From a virus (Duplodnaviria; Caudoviricetes), in IMG/VR virus record IMGVR_UViG_3300003809_000009, positions 1-33,023 of that record: a stretch of 33,023 nucleotides of DNA, one strand, 5' to 3'. Below are positions 7,463-16,000 of the stretch, in pieces. The notes under the pieces were generated by a model. The model did no database searches. It was not told where the DNA came from and saw only the letters and a list, made by a program, of their open reading frames with translations. The position numbers were made by a program, and so were the translations under genes. Each line of letters starts with the position of its first letter. Positions within the stretch are counted from its first letter, which is position 1.

Positions 7463-7545
7463 GCAATGATGAAGCCATGTATTTTGCCCTGGTGGTAATT
7501 ACTGGCTTTATTTTTGTAATATTCATTCACTTTAAGGACAGATAA
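7459..7545 (+). CDS. 28-aa single-pass membrane peptide
   Basis: MSNDEAMYFALVVITGFIFVIFIHFKDR*; ATGA overlap with the previous gene. Confidence 0.65.
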   Translation: MSNDEAMYFALVVITGFIFVIFIHFKDR

Positions 7546-7546
7546 A

Positions 7547-7720
7547 ATGAACACAGAAATTAGTCAACAGATTATTGATCTTAAAAAATTAACCAACCGA
7601 TTAGAAATGTTAAATGCAAATCCTGAAATTCAAGGTAGAAAACAGTTGTATGACACCGCAATTGAAATGGATGTAATTATTCAAAACATTATTTTTAATA
7701 CTGTAAATTATGCAGAATAA
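7547..7720 (+). CDS. 57-aa hypothetical helical protein
   Basis: MNTEISQQIIDLKKLTNRLEMLNANPEIQGRKQLYDTAIEMDVIIQNIIFNTVNYAE*; AAGGA SD. Confidence 0.7.
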   Translation: MNTEISQQIIDLKKLTNRLEMLNANPEIQGRKQLYDTAIEMDVIIQNIIFNTVNYAE

Positions 7721-7817
7721 CTGGGCAGATAAGGTAGCTATTGCAATAATGGTGATTGCATCAGTAGTATTGCTATCGGCTATGCGATTTGCCATTAGAC
7801 TAGGGGGATGGGCATGA
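7710..7817 (+). CDS. 35-aa single-pass membrane peptide
   Basis: MQNNWADKVAIAIMVIASVVLLSAMRFAIRLGGWA*; overlaps both neighbours. Confidence 0.6.
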   Translation: MQNNWADKVAIAIMVIASVVLLSAMRFAIRLGGWA

Positions 7818-7882
7818 TAATTAAATCTCAGTTTTGGTACATATTGCAGCAAGAAATTGCCGCCAGGAAAGCAAAAAAATGA
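7814..7882 (+). CDS. 22-aa basic micro-protein
   Basis: MIIKSQFWYILQQEIAARKAKK*; GGGGGA SD; ATGA overlaps at both ends. Confidence 0.55.
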   Translation: MIIKSQFWYILQQEIAARKAKK

Positions 7883-7980
7883 TTATGGATTTGATTTTTG
7901 GATTTTTATTGACTACTGGAATCATCTTTTGGATATTTATGATTGCAATATTGCTGATGATTTATCTGCAAAAAAAATGA
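7879..7980 (+). CDS. 33-aa single-pass membrane peptide
   Basis: MIMDLIFGFLLTTGIIFWIFMIAILLMIYLQKK*; ATGA overlaps at both ends. Confidence 0.6.
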   Translation: MIMDLIFGFLLTTGIIFWIFMIAILLMIYLQKK

Positions 7981-8162
7981 CTACATTTACCTTAGAATAT
8001 CGGATTGCAGCTATGACTGAACCAGTTGTGATTGTCAATAGCGGTGCTAGTGTTATGGATAAAGAAGATACCGAATCCATGCTAAGACATCAATTACAAA
8101 TTATGCAAGCAGAAATTCAAAGATTAAGAAAAAAATTAATGGAAGCTGGAATATATGATTAA
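7977..8162 (+). CDS. Hypothetical protein
   Basis: 3' part of track ORF 7857..8162; start moved to ATG 7977 (MTTFTLEY), ATGA-coupled. Confidence 0.65.
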   Translation: MTTFTLEYRIAAMTEPVVIVNSGASVMDKEDTESMLRHQLQIMQAEIQRLRKKLMEAGIYD

Positions 8163-8505
8163 GTTTTTGCCAATTCTTATGTTATCTGGGTGCTCTTTAA
8201 TGATTGGCAGCTTTGACCCTATAGAATATAGCTATGTCAACCGCATTCGCACCCAGGCTCAATTGGTTGATTGCTCAAAATTAAATGTATACATTATGTA
8301 TACACAGACCCTAGAACTTAAAAATTACAGTCAATATCTTCCAGACAATGACCAGGAAATCGCCTTGGTAAATGACTTGTACAAGTTGGTGGATGGTTTA
8401 CATAAGATTGACAACCCAAGCCCAGCTTATTGCAAAGCAAAGATGAATATAATTGAATCTAGCGCAGAATCAATTCAAAAAGTTACTGGAAATAAGCCAA
8501 GATGA
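8155..8505 (+). CDS. Predicted lipoprotein
   Basis: MIKFLPILMLSGC signal peptide with LSGC lipobox; two further Cys. Confidence 0.75.
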   Translation: MIKFLPILMLSGCSLMIGSFDPIEYSYVNRIRTQAQLVDCSKLNVYIMYTQTLELKNYSQYLPDNDQEIALVNDLYKLVDGLHKIDNPSPAYCKAKMNIIESSAESIQKVTGNKPR

Positions 8506-8714
8506 ATATTCAAGAATTAGCTGGAGAAGCCAAAGGATATAAAGCCCAATTTGATTCTGGGCTTATTACCGATAAAGAATTTAAAGATTTAATTGACAGT
8601 CTTGGCATTGCTCAAAAAATTAACGATAATGCCGATCAATTTGCTAAAAATCAAGAAATTAGAGTCTATTTAATGCAAATAATACAGCTTGCAGGGCTTA
8701 TCTCAAGCCTTTGA
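8502..8714 (+). CDS. Small helical protein with SHOCT-like motif
   Basis: FDSGLITDKEFKDL; ATGA-coupled to the lipoprotein gene. Confidence 0.65.
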   Translation: MNIQELAGEAKGYKAQFDSGLITDKEFKDLIDSLGIAQKINDNADQFAKNQEIRVYLMQIIQLAGLISSL

Positions 8715-8910
8715 TTTTCTTTAAGTTTTCTTCCATTTTCCAATCTTCTCGGCATTCTTGACTACAAAATCTGCCTTCTGAAATAGTGTCATTGCAATAT
8801 AAACAATGACCGCTAAAAAGATTCTTTTTTTGATCTCGAATATTTTTTATTGCTAGATTTCTATGTAATTCTTCCATATCCGAGGCATCATCAAAATAAT
8901 CAGCACTCAT
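8698..8910 (-). CDS. TraR/DksA-like C4 zinc-finger protein
   Basis: N-terminal DxxDxA (DYFDDA) and CLYC...CSQEC. Confidence 0.65.
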   Translation of the reverse strand: MSADYFDDASDMEELHRNLAIKNIRDQKKNLFSGHCLYCNDTISEGRFCSQECREDWKMEENLKKIKGLR

Positions 8911-9353
8911 GCAAGGTTGGACAAGAATTCCGCAGTTTCAGCTTGTCTGCGCCTTAAAAGACCAGCCAAATGCTTACCAGCAGCCATATCCCATTTATCA
9001 AACTCTTGGGCTGCGCCTTCCATATCTCCCTCATTAATTTTTTTTAATAAGGTAGAGCCATTAAAGTTACCTGCACCACAATTGAATACAAAGTCCACCA
9101 AGGCATCAAATTCGCCTTGGTTCATATCGGTAGTTACTTTTGCATTGACATCAGCAGCAGCCTTCTGGACATCTTTCATAAGCAATTCTTCAGCTTGTTC
9201 TTGGGTAATAGTTAAGCCTGGGTATACATCGTTGCCAGTATGCCCATAACCAATAGTCCAAGGATCGCCACCAGTAGCAGGATCAGGATAAGCAGTAAGT
9301 TTGCATCCTTCAAATTGCTCAGTAAGGTGAGCACCATCTTTAGAATATTCCAT
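8907..9353 (-). CDS. Endolysin, GH24 phage lysozyme
   Basis: FEGCKLTAYPDPATGGDPWTIGYGHT (E-x8-D...T); FNCGAGNF...GLLRRRQAE. Confidence 0.95.
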   Translation of the reverse strand: MEYSKDGAHLTEQFEGCKLTAYPDPATGGDPWTIGYGHTGNDVYPGLTITQEQAEELLMKDVQKAAADVNAKVTTDMNQGEFDALVDFVFNCGAGNFNGSTLLKKINEGDMEGAAQEFDKWDMAAGKHLAGLLRRRQAETAEFLSNLA

Positions 9354-9772
9354 TATTTCACCATTAAAGCATTATATTTATTAATGACATCATTTCTTTC
9401 TAATTCGGTATTGGCGCATTGTTTTGCAAATCCGATAAGAACTTCAGCATCTGGTTCAAGTAATCTGAGTCCTTTACTTGATATTGAAGGGGTGGTGGGT
9501 TCATTTCCTTGGGTGGCAGATTGTTGGCGCAACCCCCTAAGTTCAGTAATAGCAACATCATAGCGGTTTTGGAGTTCATCTTTGTCCTTTTGGGTTTTTT
9601 GACTAATAGCAGCCTGGTCATTTACTACCTGAGTTTCATGCTCAACCGCTTGTCTAATCTGGTCATTAACCTGCTCTAAATAGTTTGATTCATCAATTTT
9701 ATGGGTAATGTATGCACTTCCCAAAGAAATACATAGAAAAATGGCAATTTTTATATAGGTTGAAATAAACAT
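9353..9772 (-). CDS. Inner-membrane spanin (Rz-like)
   Basis: N-terminal TM helix and coiled coil; lies between holin and endolysin; contains an embedded lipoprotein ORF. Confidence 0.8.
   Translation of the reverse strand: MFISTYIKIAIFLCISLGSAYITHKIDESNYLEQVNDQIRQAVEHETQVVNDQAAISQKTQKDKDELQNRYDVAITELRGLRQQSATQGNEPTTPSISSKGLRLLEPDAEVLIGFAKQCANTELERNDVINKYNALMVK
9400..9579 (-). CDS. Outer-membrane spanin lipoprotein (Rz1-like), embedded in an alternative frame
   Basis: MNSKTAMMLLLLNLGGC lipobox; Pro-rich mature part; AAAGGA SD upstream of ATG 9579. Confidence 0.75.
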   Translation of the reverse strand: MNSKTAMMLLLLNLGGCANNLPPKEMNPPPLQYQVKDSDYLNQMLKFLSDLQNNAPIPN

Positions 9773-9996
9773 TATTCAGTTTTTTGGGTGGCAGCTTTAG
9801 CACCAATCATTATTCCAGACCCACCAAGCGTAGTAGCCAATCCCAAACCCAACTTATCAAAATCAATAGTGCCACCATGCCAAACATGAATAAGGCAAAT
9901 AACAAGAAAACCAAATACGCAAGCAATAGAGCAAACTCTTGCAGCGCAGTAAGTAGTATTGTCATCTTCAGTCAAAATATCTTTTAAAATTTTCAT
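9772..9996 (-). CDS. Probable holin (2 TM)
   Basis: Two hydrophobic segments, 74 aa, directly upstream of spanin and endolysin. Confidence 0.6.
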   Translation of the reverse strand: MKILKDILTEDDNTTYCAARVCSIACVFGFLVICLIHVWHGGTIDFDKLGLGLATTLGGSGIMIGAKAATQKTE

Positions 9997-10076
9997 ATAA
10001 ATGCGCCCATAAAATAGCCAATTAATAACCAGGCAGCTATTCCTAAAATAATCCAGAATAATCTTTCATTATCCAT
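9993..10076 (-). CDS. 27-aa single-pass membrane peptide upstream of holin
   Basis: MDNERLFWIILGIAAWLLIGYFMGAFI*; starts 1 nt after the previous stop; ATGA overlap with holin. Confidence 0.6.
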   Translation of the reverse strand: MDNERLFWIILGIAAWLLIGYFMGAFI

Positions 10077-10077
10077 A

Positions 10078-10722
10078 TTACTTTGCCATTTGTGTAGATG
10101 CTAAATTAATCCTAGTTTTGGCTGCTGTCAAATCATTTGGCTTATCTTTAAAGCCTACAGCTACATAACCAGCAAATTGACCCATAGGCGGTGGTACAGA
10201 GCCTCGGCACATATATTTGACACCTAGACTAGCTTCCCATGCTCCAACCTTAGAATTTGGGCTGTAATCATCGCAATAGACCTCTCCAGCCATCATTGCC
10301 ACTATAGCTTTATTTCTTCCTTGATCTGGGGAAATTAAGGTAGATTCAACACCTTCCATAGCATGATTTCTTTCTGATTGAGAAAGTGCAACTATGGTAG
10401 TTCTGAGATTGGTGGTTAAATTTACTTCATTTACTACTACAACTTGGGCATCTAAATCTTGTAATAATTTCTGAGATATAGGCAATATTTCAGCCTGGGT
10501 TCTTAATTTGGGAATAGTATTGGTATTGGAAATAGCTGTTAGTATGGTTTGTCGACTATCCCAAGCAAAATACCCAATGAAAAATACTATGGATAATAGT
10601 ATTACTGCAAAAAGTTTAAAGGGGTTATCTACCCATTTTATAAGGTCAATTGCCTTATCAATATTGTCTTTGGATTTAGTAGTTACTCTACTTCTTTTTA
10701 CTGGTGGTCTTTTTGTTACCAT
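10078..10722 (-). CDS. Membrane-anchored protein with probable periplasmic GAF-like domain
   Basis: Basic N-terminus, one TM helix, then alpha/beta domain ending YMCRGSVPPPMGQFAGYVAVGF. Fold assignment is inference. Confidence 0.55.
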   Translation of the reverse strand: MVTKRPPVKRSRVTTKSKDNIDKAIDLIKWVDNPFKLFAVILLSIVFFIGYFAWDSRQTILTAISNTNTIPKLRTQAEILPISQKLLQDLDAQVVVVNEVNLTTNLRTTIVALSQSERNHAMEGVESTLISPDQGRNKAIVAMMAGEVYCDDYSPNSKVGAWEASLGVKYMCRGSVPPPMGQFAGYVAVGFKDKPNDLTAAKTRINLASTQMAK

Positions 10723-10879
10723 CTTTTACCACTTTCTTTGCTGGTGGCTTGACTGATTTTTTGGCAACACTTCTGGTTGTTGCTTTTTTGATTGTAGGTC
10801 TTTTTTTAATTGGAAACATTGGCTCTGGAGATAATGGTTCAACTTTTCGACTTAATAAAGCACAAATCTTTTTAAACAT
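10688..10879 (-). CDS. Small Lys-rich (histone H1-like) protein
   Basis: KKATTRSVAKKSVKPPAKKVVK repeats. Confidence 0.55.
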   Translation of the reverse strand: MFKKICALLSRKVEPLSPEPMFPIKKRPTIKKATTRSVAKKSVKPPAKKVVKDGNKKTTSKKK

Positions 10880-11145
10880 TATGATTTATCCATTTTATTG
10901 TCAAGTTTTGTCATAATTTGGTCTAATATATGCTCAATTCTAGATAATCTATAGTCCAAATCTGCTTTTTTTACATAAGAATTGGGAAGCATTACCTCAA
11001 GATTTTTTAAATCTTTGGCTAATTGCCCCTGGGATTTACTTAAATTATCTTGACTTTTAGCGATGCTATTAGTCCAATAACCAATAAAACCGCTAGTTAT
11101 AAAATAAAGTAGGGTTAACCCTGCGAAAACAGCTTCCCAAGACAT
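10879..11145 (-). CDS. TM + coiled-coil protein (lysis-region accessory, holin-like)
   Basis: N-terminal TM, then ...LPNSYVKKADL...RIEHILDQIMTKLDNKMDK. Confidence 0.65.
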   Translation of the reverse strand: MSWEAVFAGLTLLYFITSGFIGYWTNSIAKSQDNLSKSQGQLAKDLKNLEVMLPNSYVKKADLDYRLSRIEHILDQIMTKLDNKMDKS

Positions 11146-11147
11146 TT

Positions 11148-11363
11148 TTATTGAACTGTAGAAGTTGCTGGATCAACAGCAGGAGCATCTACAGTAGCAG
11201 GAGCATCTGTAGAGGCAGCTTGAGCAGCTTGAGCAGCTTGAATTTGAGGGGCAGCTTGGGCTTTCAATGGATCAATTAAATGAGCCACTTCTTCATAAGG
11301 CTTTTTAATTAAATGTTGAAAAATAGCTTCTACAAGTTCTTGAGAAAGGTTAATTAAGTTCAT
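11148..11363 (-). CDS. Hypothetical protein with Ala/Pro-rich tail
   Basis: ORF track; KPYEEVAHLI motif; AAAGGA SD. Confidence 0.75.
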   Translation of the reverse strand: MNLINLSQELVEAIFQHLIKKPYEEVAHLIDPLKAQAAPQIQAAQAAQAASTDAPATVDAPAVDPATSTVQ

Positions 11364-11432
11364 TTTTGTCCTTTAAAGTTTAGGGATTATTCCCATGTAA
11401 TAGTATATATTAAGACTTTATAGCGTTCTCAA
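11364..11432 (-). promoter_or_regulatory. Candidate internal promoter for the lysis block with small leader hairpin
   Basis: TTGAGA (11432-11427), TATACT (11407-11402; spacing 19, suboptimal), then GGGA-ATAA-TCCC. Confidence 0.35.
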
Positions 11433-11733
11433 ATGGTGTAACCCAAGGTAATCCAGCTTCTTGTACTGGGTTCTTTTGTGCTTCAATCTGTGCAGTCAGA
11501 CTAGCTTCTACTATATCTTGACCAAGTGACTCTTGTACCCAGCCAACGACTTCAGCTTCAGTCAAGTCAGCGTAAGGTACATAAGAACCTTCGCCCTGTG
11601 TATAACCTACTGTGCCGTAAGTAGAAGCAGTAAAGTCACCGTCTACTGCGTTTACTGTGTAGTGAACAGTCACTACAAAGCCATCAGAAGTTAATCTGTC
11701 CATTTGTACTACTTGCCAATTAAATGTTGTCAT
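11410..11733 (-). CDS. Tail-fibre-associated protein (probable chaperone/assembly factor)
   Basis: Directly follows the S74 fibre; YVPYADLTEAEVVGWV...GLPW pattern typical of genes in this position. Confidence 0.6.
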   Translation of the reverse strand: MTTFNWQVVQMDRLTSDGFVVTVHYTVNAVDGDFTASTYGTVGYTQGEGSYVPYADLTEAEVVGWVQESLGQDIVEASLTAQIEAQKNPVQEAGLPWVTPFENAIKS

Positions 11734-11734
11734 T

Positions 11735-13057
11735 TTAGAATCCTAGTATGCCAGCGTCTTTTAGTTTGGCTTGCATTGTTGTAATAAGGGCTTGTTGTTC
11801 TTGGACTAAAGCTACAAGATTTGCCATTACTTCTGAGGAAGATGGCTGAATAGATTGATATTTTGGCTTGCCTTCATCATCAAGCTCGTCTTTTGTACCA
11901 TTTCCTGAATACTTGGCAACTTCCATAAATTCATGAGCAATAAAGCCAACACCCTTACCTGAGCCATCCCACCAATCCCAAGATTTTGGTTTCAAAGCCA
12001 TAATAAATTCTGAAGCACCTGTTAATGGTGTGGCATTGTCTTTAAGGCGGTAATCAGAAGTTAAATTATAAAGAACGCCAGTAGTGCCGTTTTGGGAAAT
12101 AGAACCAATACCACTTGAATTGTATCCAAAAGTTACATAATTATTTCCACTAGCAGTTCCATTTGCATGACCAATAGAAATAACACCTACTGTATTTCCA
12201 ACAAGATTTAATATTTGCACACCTGATGCAGGTGAATATGAAGGTGATGTTCCTGAACCAACAAAATACACATAACCGCTAGAATCAATAATCATTGAAT
12301 TGTCAGGCATTTGCAAAGCATACTTAACTTTTACGCCTGTGCTTCCATAGTTTGAAGCAAAAATTCCATAGGTTGCATCATTGACAATAGTGAAGTTATT
12401 GTTTTGATTGCTGTTTGTGGACATTGTTAAAGCAGTTGAGCCTGATGCTGTAGATAAATGCAATCTAGCAGTAGGTGCAGTAATACCAATACCTACATTA
12501 CCACTAGAGTCAATACGCATACGCTCTGCAAATTGATTATCGACAAAAGCTAAATAGTTGGTAGTTGTACCTGTGTTAATTTGCCAGTTATTTGCTGCAT
12601 TACTAAATAAAATACCAGCAGAAACTCCAGAACCTTTTGTTACTTGCAATCCAAGTGCGGAAGGACTACTAGTACCAATACCTACATTACCACTAGCATC
12701 TTTATAAAACTGTCCAGAACCTAGATTAACTACTCCTGTACCGCCAGTAAGTGTGCCTGTGTATGCAGAATTAAGGGTAGTCAATGTAGAGCCATCAAAT
12801 ACCATGTTGGCAGAACCAGCCAATAAGCCAGAGCTATTGTATTGAACTTGGGTGTTTGAACCGCCAATAGTACCTGTAGCTTTTGTGGCTAAAGTTTGAA
12901 CATTTCCAGCATTATCTTTATAGAATAATTTGCCATCAGTAGCATTAATAGCAAGTTCAACTCCAAGAGAAGTTGTAGTTAAATTGCTTGCAGATGGAGT
13001 ATTACCAGTAGTAGTACTGCCATAAATCAGGATGGGGGAAAATCCGCTTTGAGCCAT
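11735..13057 (-). CDS. Tail fibre / receptor-binding protein with C-terminal peptidase S74 intramolecular chaperone
   Basis: ELAINATDGKLFYKD N-terminal motif; SGNVGIG repeats; TSDYRLK cleavage motif; GFIAHE; terminal coiled coil. Confidence 0.85.
   Translation of the reverse strand: MAQSGFSPILIYGSTTTGNTPSASNLTTTSLGVELAINATDGKLFYKDNAGNVQTLATKATGTIGGSNTQVQYNSSGLLAGSANMVFDGSTLTTLNSAYTGTLTGGTGVVNLGSGQFYKDASGNVGIGTSSPSALGLQVTKGSGVSAGILFSNAANNWQINTGTTTNYLAFVDNQFAERMRIDSSGNVGIGITAPTARLHLSTASGSTALTMSTNSNQNNNFTIVNDATYGIFASNYGSTGVKVKYALQMPDNSMIIDSSGYVYFVGSGTSPSYSPASGVQILNLVGNTVGVISIGHANGTASGNNYVTFGYNSSGIGSISQNGTTGVLYNLTSDYRLKDNATPLTGASEFIMALKPKSWDWWDGSGKGVGFIAHEFMEVAKYSGNGTKDELDDEGKPKYQSIQPSSSEVMANLVALVQEQQALITTMQAKLKDAGILGF
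12484..12696. repeat. Exact 24-bp direct repeat TACCAATACCTACATTACCACTAG (12484-12507; 12673-12696)
   Basis: Read directly; encodes the SGNVGIG module junction. Confidence 0.9.
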
Positions 13058-13081
13058 ATTAATTCCTTTTAGCCATTATAT

Positions 13082-16000
13082 TTAAAAAGAGCCACCTGAG
13101 ATACCCCCAGTAATAGCATTATTGGTGTAATTGTAAGTAAGTCCAGTATTTGTGTATTGTGCTGTATTTCCTGTTGCAGAAGAAGCAAAAGTAATATAGT
13201 TTGTTGATCCTGAACCAGCAGCCAGGTTTAAGTTTGCAGCATTGGTAGCATTGGTTACTGCTGTAGAACCTATTACAGAAACTACTTGGGCTGCGGTTGC
13301 TGCTGTAAAAGCAGAAGTGCCATTGCCATAAGCCAAGCCTGTCAAAGTTGCAACTCCAGTACCACCATTTCCAACTACTAAAGTACCACTTAAAGTGATA
13401 GCACCAGCAGTCGCAGTAGAGGGTGTTAGACCAGTAGTGCCAGCACTAAATGTGCTTACAAAGTTTCCAGATAAAGCACTTGTAGGAATAGTGGTTGATG
13501 CGGTCATGGCTGAAGTGCCATTACCATATACATATCCAGTAAGGGTAGTTGCTCCAGTACCGCCAGATGCAGCCCCTAGAGTACCTGCCAGGGTAACTGC
13601 ACCGCCTGTAGCGGTGCTAGGTGTTAGCCCTGATAAGCTAGTTTGGAAGCTAGTTACTTCACCAGTACCATTAACTGCAATGGTGATGCCACCAGAACTA
13701 TTAGTGACTGAGATACCAGCACCAGCAGTAATGGTTGCCAGGGTGTAACCAGTACCATTACCAATCAATAATTGACCATTGGTAGGTGTAGAAGTAATAC
13801 CAGTACCACCATAACCAATGCCTATAGTATTACCTTGCCAAGATACAGAGCCTGAAATACTACTTGCAGAATTAAAATTTAAAGTTGCATTTCCCCATGA
13901 AACTGAAGCTGGCACATAAGAATGAATATCCCAAGTCCCATTAGAAGTGCTATTGCTTAAAAGAATTAAATGAGCAGCACCACCAGCTTGTAATGCTAAT
14001 AATGATGTAGTTCCATCATGTGCATTAATTTGCACAGAAGAATAAGTAATATTATTATTAAAATAATAAGTATCGCCTACAATCAAAGTAGTCGCATCAG
14101 GCATATTAAATACTTGAGAAGTAGTTGTGCCTGTTACTACTTGATATTGAGCAGATGAAACAGTTAAATTAACAGGTGTTGATGATGATGCTGTAAATGT
14201 TGTATTTGGTATGAAATTATTAGCAAATACATTTTGATTGCTATCTCTTAAAACTACAGAATTAGCACCGCTTGAAGAAGTTACTCCTGTACCGCCATTT
14301 CCTACTGATAAAGTACCAGTAACCCCAGTACTTAAAGGAAGTCCAGAGCAATTGGTCAAAGTGCCAGAAGTAGGAGTTCCCAAAATTGGGGTAACTAAAG
14401 TTGGAGTATTGGCAAATACTAAAGAACCAGTACCAGTTTCATCGGTTACAGTAGCAACCAAGTTTGCACTTGTTGGAGTGGCTAAGAAAGTAGCCATTCC
14501 AATACCCAATCCAGTAATCGAAGTAACTGCTGGGGTGATAGTGACATTAGAAGCTGCGGTCAATTGACCTTGTGCATTAACAGTAAATGTTCCAACTTGA
14601 GTTGCAGAACCATAACTTCCAGCAGTTACCGCAGTATTTGAAATAGAAATGGTTACTGGAGAACTACCATTAAAAGATGTTCCAGATAATCCAGTTCCAA
14701 TGGTTAAAGCATTTGGGGTATCAGCAGTTACAGTAGTTGATCCACCTAAACTGACCGCATTTCCATTAATAGTGATTGAACTATTGGTCAATCCACTATT
14801 CGGAATGGTTGCATTAATCTGACTAGGAGCAATAGAAATGGTCGTATTGGAAGCTGCTGTAAGTTGACCTTGAGCATTAACTGTATAAGTCGGTACAGTA
14901 CTAGCCGATCCATAAGAACCAGCAGTAACACCGCTAGATGCCAGGGCAATAGTTACTGCACTTCCACCATTGTATGAAGTACCAGAAAGGCTTGTTCCAA
15001 TAGTCAATGTAGCCAAGTTGCTACCTAGGGAAATCCCTGATATGGTTGAATTCGCTAATTGAGCATTAGTAATTGTTCCGCTTAATGCAGTAGTTGGAAT
15101 TGTGGTTGAAGCAGTTACATTACCAATAGTGTTATTGGCATACATATAGCCAGTAAGACCAGTAACCGCCAAATTGGTAGTGGTTAAATTGGTGAACGAT
15201 TCTGTATTTGATCCAGGTATTTTTTCCCATGCACCACCACTAAATATTGCCCAATCGCCAATATTCCAATCGGAAACACCATTTAAAGTAGTATTACCAG
15301 CAGTAGAAACTACATAGTAATAACCCTGAGTTCCAACCGAAGAAGTCAAAGTTGGGTTATTAGTTGAAGCATTCCATGTTCCTTGATAAGCAGGAGCATT
15401 GGTAGGCTGAGTGCTTACTGAAGTAATTTGACCTTGGCTGTTGACAGTAATAACTGGAATGGTTGAAGCATTACCATAAGTTCCAGAAGTAACACCAGAA
15501 TTAGAAATGGCAATTGTTACTGGGGATGATCCATTAAAACTTGTTCCAGAAAGACCTGTGCCAATCGTAAGGGCATTAGGGGTGTCTGCGGTGACTGTAG
15601 TAGAACCGCCAAGACTGACAGCATTACCATTAATGGTGATACTAGAGTTTGTTAATCCAGAATTAGGAATAGTGGCATTAATTTGGCTTGGAGCAATGCT
15701 AATTGCTACTGAACTAAGCGCAGTTAATTGCCCTTGACCATTAACAGTTGCTTCCAAAGTATTTGAAGCTGAACCATAACTTCCTGCGGTGACTGCGGTA
15801 TTTGCTAAAGCAATGGTGGTAGCAGTAGAACCATTATAGGAAATTCCAGAAAGACCAGTTCCAATAGTTAGAGTCGGTATGGTAATTCCAGTTAAAGCCA
15901 AAGTTGCAGAAGCACGATTTAAAGCTACTGCGGTTGTTCCAATATAGACAGTCGAATTTCCTAAAACTGTCGAAGGAATAGTGCCAGTAAGATTACCAGC

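Noticed and set aside
7610-7852. Minus-strand 80-aa ORF in the track
   Set aside because: Antisense shadow of coupled + strand micro-ORFs.
7857-7976. TTG-start N-terminal extension of ORF 7857..8162
   Set aside because: Region is better explained by coupled ORFs 7814-7882 and 7879-7980; ATG 7977 has an ATGA overlap.
11165-11260. Short GCAGCTTGA and AGCAGGAGCATCT repeats
   Set aside because: Simply encode the AAQ / DAPA low-complexity tail; no sign of independent function.
13058-13103. Internal promoter before the S74 fibre (TATAAT at 13080-13075)
   Set aside because: Consensus -10 but no usable -35 or TGn extension; insufficient in AT-rich DNA.
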